Shown here: piece by piece, positions 24,778-35,154 of the stretch | How the letters are laid out: each line of letters opens with the position of its first letter | Position numbering within the stretch: the first letter of the stretch is position 1 | Assembly (NCBI RefSeq): GCF_001194135.2 | Contig: NC_068998.1 | Span: 50,054,481-50,089,634, forward strand | Source of the DNA: Octopus bimaculoides | Lineage: Eukaryota | Direction of reading: 5' to 3' | DNA: 35,154 nucleotides | Notes under the pieces: generated by a model | Told to the model about the DNA's origin: nothing | Database searches by the model: none | What the model saw: only the letters and a program-made list of their open reading frames with translations | Translations under genes and position numbers: made by a program

Positions 24778-25239
24778 AGCGTTTCCAATAGAATCGTGGT
24801 TCTGATTATGTGTGTTTCACTTCCTTTTCAATTTGTGTTTCGTCGCTTTACTTCTTCGTTATTTTATCTCAAACAATGCAATATAATGTAACAGATGGTT
24901 CAGTCAGAGTGTAATTTCATCGCATTTTTGTCTTTGTAAGTATTATACGATATTTGACGCTTGTATTCTATATCTGAGAATTTATTCATTTCAGTATTGA
25001 TTTGCTTCCTATGTGTCGTCATGTTAAGGCTAATTTTAACGGAGTTGTGCTAGTATGGAACCTACATGCTATATACCTCTTAAATTTATAGTGAACAGAA
25101 TATTCAAGTGTTTACATACAAGTTGTCCTGCTAAATTTGGCTGATTGGCTAAAAGGTGTGTGTAATTGGAAAAATAAAATATCCCACCTGAACATTAATG
25201 CATTTTTGAAACAATCAGGTAGATAATATCTGGTAAGTA

Positions 25240-27190
25240 ATAATTGATTTAAATTGTTCTTTCAACAACTAGTAATCGTAATGGCAAAGAATAAGTAAAG
25301 ATATATGATGCTCGAAATGAAACCTGTACGTTAATATGTATTAATATGTACACGTTGCTGAATACTCAAATATCAAACAATTTTAAAGAAAATTCGAAAG
25401 TATAATTTATTGAAGGCATATTTCAGATATCTGGAATATCACAAAAAATACCAGTTTAAAACTGGGAATCTTTATTACAGTATTTTCTTTATTTAGTTCT
25501 TCTTAAATAATATCACCACAAGTGCAGTAAGGATTGTTGATATTGGGGATGCCATCTGTAAAAAGAATAGTAAAAAAGGTTATGCATAAACGGGGAAAAT
25601 ATTGTGATATGAATTATGCAAATATTTCGTTAAAATATCTTTGCATTTATCAAATGCTTTAGAGCTTCCCTAAGAAAACAGTGCATTATTTTCCGAAGAA
25701 ACTAGTGGGAAAAGGAGATAATGATGTATTATCTTGTCTGTTAAAAATGTTTTTGCTTAAGAGAAGACAGAGTATGGCATTCCGTAAGACTCTGTACCTC
25801 CGAGATGATACTTACATGTTATATGTTGAAACACATCTGCCCCTGAACTATCCGCTGTTAGACTATGACCTTTACTATAAAGTTATGAAAGTTTTAATCA
25901 CTTTTTAGAGAATGTCTAACACTATTCTCATATAAATCCTTCATTTTCAGAACGAACAAAATGATTCTAATATTATTTACCTCGATAGTATTTAATTCAT
26001 TCTTTTATTCTTTCATTTCTTTCAGTCAATTTTTACAGCGGCCATGCCGGTGCACATGCTTAAAGGGTTCGTTAGTGGAAGAGGTCGTTGCCATTACTTA
26101 TTCTTCGGAAGCCTACTCCTTATTCAATTGCTGACCCGCTAAGTTTCGAGGGCGTAAACCTACGAATTATGGTTGCCAATCGGTAATGGAGGGACAAGCA
26201 GAGACACAAAGACACACACATAAACACATAGATATGTACGTATAAATGTACCCCGTGTCTCTCTCAGTTACCGTGTACCAAATTCATTCACTAGCGTATG
26301 ATCGGACCAAGATTATAGCAGAAGAAAATTGCCCAATATGGCATGCAGTGGGACTGATTACACAACCATTTAGTTCGGAAGCAATTGTCTTACAACAGAA
26401 GGAAGCCTGCCTGCCCATTCATAAGCATATTAGTAATAGATTTATATTATTGTAGTAAGACAGAAATGTAATTACAGCATCTGTTCAACATGTAGATACT
26501 GTAAGCAGTCGGAAGCAGTAGCATAGATAATTTACTAATAATTGATTCAATAAAAAAAAATATGCAATTACGTACATTATCTTTGTGGCTGGAACTTTTA
26601 GTGTCCTGAATGGAAAGAGCGAAAAAGGAAAGTGAACTGCTTACCACTAACATTTCATGTACCTACTCCAGAATGGAGCGTGGTTAACGTAATCATTTAC
26701 TATAGAATAGATTAATAGAATCAAAGAATCTCACTTGCACAATTAGGTGCGTTCCATTCAAGAAAGTGAGAATAGTGAAAAACGAATAATAAATTTAGAG
26801 TTTATACAAAAGTGGTGTCTTTAAACATTTTTAACACTCCAAAAGGAAACAAAGCAAGATACAATAAAAAGAGAAATATTCGTGATTCTTTTTTTTTAAT
26901 GTATCAGAATTCAAAATATTATTGCGATATTAAATTTATTCATATCTGAAGCTATATCAACTCAGCGAAACATTTTGCTTTGCAGAGATCTTTTAACTTC
27001 TAGCTTGTTTCAGTCACTAGAATGGGACTATGCCAGGTCACCACCTCAAGGAATTTTGGTCTAATTCATTTTGCATTTTATGCTTGGTACATAATCTATC
27101 ATTCTCTCTTGCCGAACACATAGGTTACGGGAAATTAAACGCGGGCATTTGTCAAACGCTTACGGGTACAAACACACAAACATACATATG
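25240..27190 (-). pseudogene. Orphan 3'-flank/3'-UTR block of the repeat unit with no coding exons attached (possible remnant of a deleted paralog)
   Basis: Aligns by eye to the downstream blocks of B (13060-14160) and C (20200-21350), including a poly(A) signal at 26935-26940 and a SINE at the same site as in C. The downstream block then recurs at 27545-28110 and 29005-29110 as D's own 3' flank. Confidence 0.45.
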
Positions 27191-27235
27191 TATATAAACA
27201 TATATANNNNNNNNNNTTTCTCCTTGTCTCCGTAT

Positions 27236-27272
27236 TCTTTCTGTTGAAGACCGTAGCTCGAAACGTCAAAGA
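27236..27272 (+). ncRNA. Minimal type I hammerhead-like motif in a probable Penelope-like terminal-repeat fragment (27217-27350)
   Basis: UCUUU-CUGUUGA-A-GACC-GUA-GCUC-GAAAC-GUC-AAAGA. Perfect 5-bp stem I, GUC cleavage triplet and palindromic ACGU stem III. Core position 6 is U rather than A and stem II has one mismatch. Confidence 0.55.
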
Positions 27273-27366
27273 CTTTCCGTATTCCCGAGCGTCATACTAA
27301 TATATACTTGTGTTATTTACACCACCTGTCCTCGTCTGTTGTTATTAGTTGTATATTCTCCCATAT

Positions 27367-27367
<1 letters not shown>

Positions 27368-27405
<38 letters not shown>

Positions 27406-27412
27406 TATAGAT

Positions 27413-27470
<58 letters not shown>

Positions 27471-27475
27471 CGATC

Positions 27476-27534
<59 letters not shown>

Positions 27535-27535
27535 G
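27368..27535. repeat. (TAGA)n microsatellite, the longest of many (TA)n, (TG)n, (TACA)n, (TAGA)n and (ATT)n tracts in the window
   Basis: Read directly. Other tracts include about 778-855, 4630-4716, 10930-11038, 11237-11470, 12054-12100, 16208-16310, 24620-24690, 32462-32556 and 33965-34044. Most N gaps are flanked by such tracts. Confidence 0.95.
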
Positions 27536-28109
27536 CATATATATGAACTACGGGCTTCTTTAATTTCTGTGTGCGATATTCAGTCACAAATCTTTGATTG
27601 GACCAAGGCTATAGCAGAAAATATTTGCCCTATGTGAGTTCCAGTGGGACTGTACTAGACCCTTTTAGTTGGTAAGCAAGCTTCTTGCAACATAGCCACG
27701 CCTGTACCTCTATTGATAAGCATATTAGAAACAGACTTATATTATTGGAGTAAGATAGAAAGGTAATTACTGCGTCTGTTCAACATCTAAATACTGTACA
27801 TAGAAAACCTGAAATTACGTACCGTGTCAATGATTCTGTATCCTTTTTTGCCCTGAAAGAAAAGTGAAAATAACGTGATAGTGGAATGCTTACCAGAAAC
27901 ATTTATCTACACAAGAATGGACCATGGTTACCATAATTATTTGCTATAGAATAGATTAATAGAATCAATGAACGTCACTTCCTCACTAACATGCGTCCCA
28001 TCTAAAAAGTGAGAATATATAAAAACGAATAATAAATTTAGTGATATACTGAAGCAAATTGTAAACTCTACAACACGAAACTCTGCAAATACAACAAAAA
28101 AGGTGAGAG

Positions 28110-28690
28110 TAAATTAATGTGTGCCACGAACATTTGATCAGAATAAACAAGTCACTTCTGCAAGTCGTTCGGTAAAAAGCTGAACGCTCATATGTCGCTT
28201 TTAATAAGAGAATCCACAATGCGTACCGGATACGTGTGTCAAGGAAAAAAGGAGGCGAGCCTCATAGGATGCATGGTCTGAGTTGTCAATGAGAAGAACA
28301 ATCTGGGATGGTACATGAAAGATCAGAGTGAATCCTTGCTTGTCTATGTAATGCCAAACGAATAATGCGATGTACCAACAGGCATTTAAGAATCAAGACG
28401 AAGAGTAAAGAATAAACAACTGGTAAATGAAGTCAGTACATGGTCAATACCTCAGAGGAATAGGAGGAAACGACAACACCAATACTTGGAGATGGCTGAG
28501 AAAAAGTTATATGAAACGATACAAGAGGCATTGACATGCAGCGCCCAGGAGCAAGCTCCGAGAACTAATTACACAATTTTCCAAGTAAATAATAGGTTGT
28601 GAGGCAGCAAAGATGAAACAATCTCACATATTTTGAGGGTAGCTAGCTGACCCAAAAGCACTACAAACGGTGGGAAGATAATACGGCTAG
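28110..28690 (+). mobile_element. Old R4/Dong-clade LINE fragment (post-RT region and zinc knuckle) inserted in the 3' flank of paralog D
   Basis: KSVHGQYLR...TWRWLRK...AQEQAPRTNY...DETISHIL...QKHYK resembles the conserved HGQY...W.WL...AAQEQALRTN...ETISHI...AQKEYKRRHD segment. Confidence 0.8.
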
Positions 28691-28901
28691 CCCTACGAAA
28701 GGAGGCACGATAATGTGTCTAGCACTATCAAAAGAGGCACGATAATGCTGTTAGAACCACAACATAAGGCACGATATTGTGGATGGCACTACAAAAGAAG
28801 GAACTATAATGTGGATAAAACAACAAAAGGAGGCACGGTAACGTGGATAAAATGACAAAGGCACGATAACGTGGATAGAAGTACAAAAGGCGGCACACTA
28901 G
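28658..28901 (+). repeat. 32-bp minisatellite, about 7.5 diverged copies (consensus approx. GCACTACAAAAGGAGGCACGATAATGTGGATA)
   Basis: Units can be read off directly and start at the last recognisable codons of the adjacent LINE fragment. Confidence 0.85.
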
Positions 28902-29042
28902 AAAAAGCAGTAAAAATGAAAAATTCCCTTCGAGGTTGCTCTTAAAGGTGGTGTTGGTCGGAGAGAGTGAACTAAGGAGAGAGTGAACTAAGGAGAGAGT
29001 GAAGTAATATAGCAGAACTGAAAATATATTTGCGATATTAAT

Positions 29043-29048
29043 TTTATT
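29043..29048 (-). promoter_or_regulatory. Putative polyadenylation signal (AATAAA) of paralog D; homologous hexamers at 21140-21145 (C) and 26935-26940 (orphan block)
   Basis: The hexamer is present at the aligned position in three copies, about 240 nt downstream of D's putative stop. Confidence 0.55.
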
Positions 29049-29281
29049 CAAATCTGAAACTATACCTTCCCAGCTAAAAAAATTCGATTCCAGGAATCTT
29101 GTATCTTGTATGAGATATGAGTGTTAAATAATGAAATTCAAATAACTTCTACGTCCATCGATTACAGTGATTCTGTGCAACAACTATTTACTGATTTGGG
29201 TAACATCTTTTTGTTAAAACTTCGTAATGGTTATTCGGGCTATATTGAAAAGGTGTTAGCAATACGTTTAAACCATTCGAG

Positions 29282-32200
29282 TTATGTATGCTGCAACAAA
29301 CTCGTATATTGGTCTGAAGTTTCTTCAAAGACGGTAGATATTTTATGATCTTCTTCTACCAAACGAATGCTTTTCTGAGATTGAAACCAGTTTTAACTTG
29401 ACATAACCGAAGATGTATTTGTAATAAGAACAATAAACTTACGCCGGTGCATCTGTGATCCATGTCGAAGCCCTTGCGACAGAAACTGTCGATACTAGGT
29501 TTGAAACATCTTGTAAATTCTACGTAACCCCTGAAAATTAAAAGCTTATCTTCAAATTTCGTTTGCATTGTGATCATTCAATACCATATAATACATTAAA
29601 TATAGAAACTAATGAAAAAATAAGCATACAAAGCTACACTAATTTCCATACGTTTCAAGAGGCATTAATAGTACGTAATTGTTGGTATCATTAAAACTTG
29701 AAATATCTGAGTGTCCTAAATCGGACAAGTGATTTCATTTACCGAATGTGTAGAAATAGCTAGGATTAATGCTAAATCCTATGGTGCGATGGCTCCTATC
29801 CGCGTTTGCTGTATGACGCAAGTAAATGACAAGGATATCTAATACGTTAGTTGTTAATATATACCGACTATCGGATTCGGAACCATTTTCCACCGTGGTA
29901 AATTTGCCATACCTTATTGCTTGTAAACACGCATAACTGATATTATATTATAGTATAAAATTATATTCTATGGTTGTGCATGTGTGTCAATGTTTGTGTA
30001 TATGCGTGCATTCACATGTGTATGATATATGTCATATGTTAAATATATATATATATTTTTTAATGTTTAGTTCCATTGTACAGTGAGTAGAAATAGCAGA
30101 GCAAATTAAAGGAGTAGAATAAAAAAGTGTTATAAATTAAACAGCTGCTTCTATGTTGTCGACGATCCATAATATTTTAGTTCATCANNNNNNNNNNNNN
30201 NNNNNNNNNNNNNNNNNNNNNNNNNNNNNNNNNNNNNNNNNNATATATATATATATATATAAATACTGAGAGGAACCTATGCTGATAATGAAATTAGGAA
30301 CGTCAAATATTAGCTATGTATTAAATAAATCAAGTACAATATATGTATATATGTATAGATGCAAAACGAGAAAAGCAAGGGGTGGAAACTGTCAGATGAT
30401 GAATATTTTTATGTATAAATATATATATATATTTTTTAATGTTTAGTTCCATTGTACAGTGAGTAGAAATAGCAGAGCAAATTAAAGGAGTAGAATAAAA
30501 AAGTGTTATAAATTAAACAGCTGCTTCTATGTTGTCGACGATCCATAATATTTTAGTTCATCAACATATGCGGTTGTATGGAGGCAATTAACATTAGACG
30601 AGGCGAACTTCCGTCATCAGAGTAGAGAAGATCATACATTACAGATCTTAATGTAGAGAAATTCGAAGGAGATTTTCTACTCTGTGTAGAAGACCCGGAA
30701 TTGTTGGGATGGGTCCAGTCGATTTGATGGAATACCGTACGAAACTGCTAATTATTTTATCGACTCCGAAAGGATGAAAAGCAAAGTCGACCTCGGAGTA
30801 ATTTGAACTCAGCGCATAAAGGCAGACGAAATACCGCTAAGTATTTCGTCCGACATGCTAATGTTTCTAATTTCTTTATTGCCATCATGGGGTAAAACAT
30901 AGAGGGGACAAACAAGGACTTACAAAGGGATTAAGTCGATTATATCGATCCCGGTAACTGGTACTTAATTCATCAACCCCGACAGGATGAAAGGCAAAGT
31001 TAACCTTGATGGAATTTGAACTCAGAACGTAAAGATAGACGATAGATAAATAGATAGATAGATAGATAGATATTTAGATTGATAGCCAGATACATAATGA
31101 TATATATNNNNNNNNNNNNNNNNNNNNNNNNNNNNNNNNNNNNNNNNNNNNNNNNNNNNNNNNNNNNNNNNNNNNNNNNNNNNNNNNNNNNNNNNNNNNN
31201 NNNNNNNNNNNNNNNNNNNNNNNNNNNNNNNNNNNNNNNNNNNNNNNNNNNNNNNNNNNNNNNNNNNNNNNNNNNNNNNNNNNNNNNNNNNNNNNNNNNN
31301 NNNNNNNNNNNNNNNNNNNNNNNNNNNNNNNNNNNNNNNNNNNNNNNNNNNNNNNNNNNNNNNNNNNNNNNNNNNNNNNNNNNNNNNNNNNNNNNNNNNN
31401 NNNTATATATAGTTTCGATAGATAGATACATACATACATACATACATACACAGGTATATTATTACAGAGATATGTAGAATGAGAGAGAGATTGATAGATA
31501 GAGTTAATGATATTTCGATATAATATCTATCTCAGAAATAATATAATTCATACCCGCAGTCTTTTGTGACGGATAAATACTTTTTATATTCAGGACCACA
31601 TTTTTCTTTCGCTAGAGCAATGCAATCATTCCAAGTGACATATAAGGTTGCAGCATCTACAAAGTGAAAGCAAATATATTTTTTTGTATATCGTATATGC
31701 AATCGAAAATTATTAGAAATATTTTAGGAAATAGACTCCTCAACATATCATTACTTACTTTTAACAATTTTGACGGAAATGGAAGGCACAGGATTTTGAA
31801 TAGTATTGCGAATTCACATAACTGACTGGCACTTTCAAGCTCGTTCACTTCAGCGTTTCATTTCGAATTATTTGATAAACAAACAATAAAGATCATATAT
31901 GTTAATTACAGTCGACAGCAGTTTTAAGATTACGATAACTTATGGAGTATTGTTAAAACCTTACCTAGATAGAATGATGTAAATATTATAAAGGATAAAT
32001 GCAAATTATGATTATTAAATTAATTTATATAAATTGTTCGCAATACAAGATACTAAGCACGAGTATCTGATTAAAGTAGCTATGACAGACAATATTTGGT
32101 TAAATTTAATCAGTCATCAGAAGAAATCTATAAAGATACGCTACGATGCCGAAAGATAATTCATGCATTTTATTACTTAATATGAATAAGGAGGATATCG

Positions 32201-32460
32201 TGCGATGACACATACGGATCAATTTTGCATCGAAATAACTGATGTCTGCAAATTTCGGTATTATATTGATATTCAGGGGCATAAGTTATCCTTGATTATT
32301 TCAGGAGTAGCTAATTTTTTTTTTATTTGGAAATGTGATTGCAGAAAAAAAAAATTTAGCTGCAGATGATCGATAATTGCATTACAGTAAATCGAAAATA
32401 AGAATGTGTACAAGCTCTCTCTCCACGTCTCTCTATCTCCCGCTGTCCCTCTCTATAGAT

Positions 32461-32495
<35 letters not shown>

Positions 32496-32521
32496 CAGAC
32501 ATATATATATATACATATATG

Positions 32522-32553
<32 letters not shown>

Positions 32554-32721
32554 TGTNNNNNNNNNNNNNNNNNNNNNNNNNNNNNNNNNNNNNNNNNNNN
32601 NNNNNNNNNNNNNNNNNNNNNNNNNNNNNNNNNNNNNNNNNNNNNNNNNNNNNNNNNNNNNNNNNNNNNNNNNNNNNNNNNNNNNNNNNNNNNNNNNNNN
32701 NNNNNNNNNNNNNNNNNNNNN

Positions 32722-32757
<36 letters not shown>

Positions 32758-33962
32758 TGTGTACAAAACTATAGATATAAGTGAAAGAAACAAGTATCTT
32801 TCTTATCGCATTCGCCGCATGTTGACATGCACCTCCTTACGACATCGTAAATATAATTTAATTAAGGCAGCTTGCTGTGCACTAGTCACCTGGATATTCA
32901 CCACTCCGAATGTTCTGCTCGTTACAAAGCAAACATAGCCTCGACATTATCCACTCTATCCCTTATATATGTGTGTATGTATTTATGCATGTACACATAT
33001 GTGTTTTTTGTGCATGCGTATGTGTTAGTTAATTCCAGGCAGTTATATCCTCATTTGAACTTGTATAATCCATGGTACCCCACTGGTTTAATCCGTAATA
33101 TATAATGCGATTATTATTGATATATGTTGAGGATTATTGAAAGTATCAATATTGGGGGAAGCAAGAGAAAAAGAATGGATAGTGAATGGATGTAATTGAT
33201 AATTTGTTTTGTACGTTACAAAACTGTTTCATTAAAAAAGGGAAAAAAACATAAGAGTACGTATAAATTTAAAACTCAAAAATAAATTAAAATACAAAAA
33301 CACCTACATATATTTTCAGTCGGAAATTTAGAAGCATTTATGTTAATCCTGTGAAACATAGTTATATTCAAACGATATGATGGGAGGAATACTTCGGGAT
33401 TGAAATAAAGCTCCTGGATGTTATGTCATTAGGTCTTTTTGGGGTTTTTTAGGCAAATATAGAGTATTCGTGGGATATCGGATACTTGTAAAAGGATAGC
33501 GGATAATATTCAATTTCAGATTCTAATATCTATGTGGCATATGGATAGAATAATAATCTAGGTGAATTAATGGTAGAAGATGAAAAAGAAAATATATGTG
33601 ATATCAATAATTCACAAGTGTTGGGTAGTATGAGGGAGGAATAGCGACGCTCTCGTTTAAATATTGTTTATAGTAAACACTGTTTAAATAGCATTGTTTA
33701 CTATAAAACAAATCAATAACTTGATAAGTGGAACACGTATCTACTGTATATCCAAACTTAACCAAGGTGAGAACGAAAAACAAAATGAAGAATACGGTGA
33801 TATAAATTCTATATTTGTAATTATGTTGTATGGTAATTTTTTGAACTTTGAATTCATTAGTACTGTTAACTAATAGTTTTCAAATATTGTCATCGTTTTG
33901 TAACATACAAATGGATTAATAACATCCATTCGTTCCACATTTTCTTTCTATCGTTTTCCCAT

Positions 33963-34044
<82 letters not shown>

Positions 34045-34352
34045 NNNNNNNNNNNNNNNNNNNNNNNNNNNNNNNNNNNNNNNNNNNNNNNNNNNNNNNN
34101 NNNNNNNNNNNNNNNNNNNNNNNNNNNNNNNNNNNNNNNNNNNNNNNNNNNNNNNNNNNNNNNNNNNNNNNNNNNNNNNNNNNNNNNNNNNNNNNNNNNN
34201 NNNNNNNNNNNTATATATATACATATATATAGATAGATAGATAGATAGATCAATGTATGAATGTATTGCGGTTTAGATACTACACCACCGCTAAGGAGAT
34301 AATATTACTTACGGGATATGAGAAGTGCAATGAAAATGAGTGTCCTTATCAT
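29282..34352 (-). CDS. Paralog D: small secreted six-Cys protein, 79 aa; MIRTLIFIALLISHAATLYVTWNDCIALAKEKCGPEYKKYLSVTKDCGGYVEFTRCFKPSIDSFCRKGFDMDHRCTG(HT*)
   Basis: Exons 34352-34313, 31656-31554, 29530-29443 and putative 29290-29282, canonical GT-AG, open frame. AATAAA on the minus strand at 29043-29048 fits a 3' end. Confidence 0.85.
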
Positions 34353-34744
34353 GGCGTTTCCAATGGAATGGTAGTTCTGATTATGTATGTTTCACTTCCT
34401 TTTCAATTTGTGTTTCGTCGATTTACTTCCTCGTTATTTTATCTCAAATATAATGCAACAGGTGGTTCAATCAGGGTATAATTTCATCGTATTGTTTCCT
34501 CGTATGTAATGTACATTAATTGATGCTTGTATAGTTTGTCTGAGAATTTAGTACTTTTGTCGTCATGATAAAGCTAATTTTAATGGACCTGTGCTAGTAT
34601 GGGGCACACACCATATATATGCGTTAAATTCATATTGAACTGAAAACTCCAGAGTTTCAGATTTCAAACCTGCATATTTAGACAAATTATATTATTTACA
34701 TTATTTAAATTTGACGGACATTTGTCCTCATCTTGTTTGTTGTT

Positions 34745-34790
34745 AACACAACGTTTCGGTTGATATACCCTCTAGCTTTCATCAGGTATC
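34745..34790 (-). ncRNA. Degenerate minimal type I hammerhead ribozyme motif
   Basis: GAUAC-CUGAUGA-A-AGCUA-(10 nt)-CAACC-GAAAC-GUU-GUGUU. Core, stem I and the palindromic ACGU stem III are intact; stem II is eroded. Confidence 0.6.
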
Positions 34791-34932
34791 TCGGAGAATT
34801 TTCGAATCTGGTTTCCCATTCCTAAGGTATTTTCCGACGTTATTATTATTATTAGAAGCATTTATGTTAATCCTGTGAAACATAGTTATATTCAAACGAT
34901 ATGATGGGAGGAATACTTCGGGATTGAAATAA

Positions 34933-35154
34933 AGTTTTATTTTTATAACATGCTTTCACTTCACTACCGAGCGCAGCTCTGTGCGCCTTGGGTATGTGCT
35001 GTGGTTTGCTGTGGTGCTCTTATGTTTACTGTATTGAAAGTGTTTTGCGTAGAATGTGTGCAGTACCCAGTAGTGCAATTTTCTGTATGTTATATATATT
35101 TGTAAGTCCTGGTGTTTTTGTTATGTATTTGTCTGAATATTTTTTTATTATACC
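34933..35154 (-). mobile_element. Young R4/Dong-clade retrotransposon 3' end (runs off the window edge)
   Basis: Near-identical to 14335-14565. Confidence 0.85.

Larger units (their letters stand above)
4717..34211. other. Eleven assembly gaps (N runs)
   Basis: 4717-4890, 11039-11236, 11853-12053, 14575-15201, 18395-18652, 21790-22101, 27207-27216, 30188-30242, 31108-31403, 32557-32721, 34045-34211. Confidence 1.

Noticed and set aside
28658-28901. Regularly spaced repeats considered as a CRISPR-like array
   Set aside because: Units are contiguous with no unique spacers, the context is eukaryotic and the unit derives from a LINE.
30045-30563. About 140-bp exact direct repeat (30045-30187 and 30421-30563) in intron 2 of D
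   Set aside because: The copies are identical and flank an N gap, which is typical of unmerged contig overlap. Treated as an assembly artefact.
4558-34253. Many ORF-track entries rich in X or in YI/CV/HT/YLSI repeats
   Set aside because: They are translations of N gaps and microsatellites, not genes.

Overview
AT-rich, microsatellite-dense eukaryotic DNA from a gapped draft assembly (11 N-runs). The repeat families resemble ones I recall from octopus genomes; that is an inference, not a search result. No long ORF in the supplied track is a real intact gene. The main content is invisible to the ORF track: a head-to-tail minus-strand cluster of at least five paralogs of a small multi-exon gene. 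Its shared architecture is a 40-nt signal-peptide exon, a 103-106-nt exon, an 85-88-nt exon and a short last exon, with intron phases 1/2/0. Each gene encodes a secreted protein of roughly 77-87 aa with the scaffold W-x2-C-x7-C-x13-C-x8-C-x8-C-x9-C, which I do not recognise. The signal peptides and upstream DNA are conserved while the mature regions are only 37-59% identical. The cluster shows signs of birth-and-death evolution: one divergent copy, one possibly mosaic copy, and an orphan 3' end of a possibly deleted copy. The rest is transposon debris: Helitron, Penelope-like, hAT MITE, mariner, Tc1, RTE, old and young R4/Dong LINEs, two tRNA-derived SINE families, and repeats carrying minimal hammerhead-ribozyme motifs.
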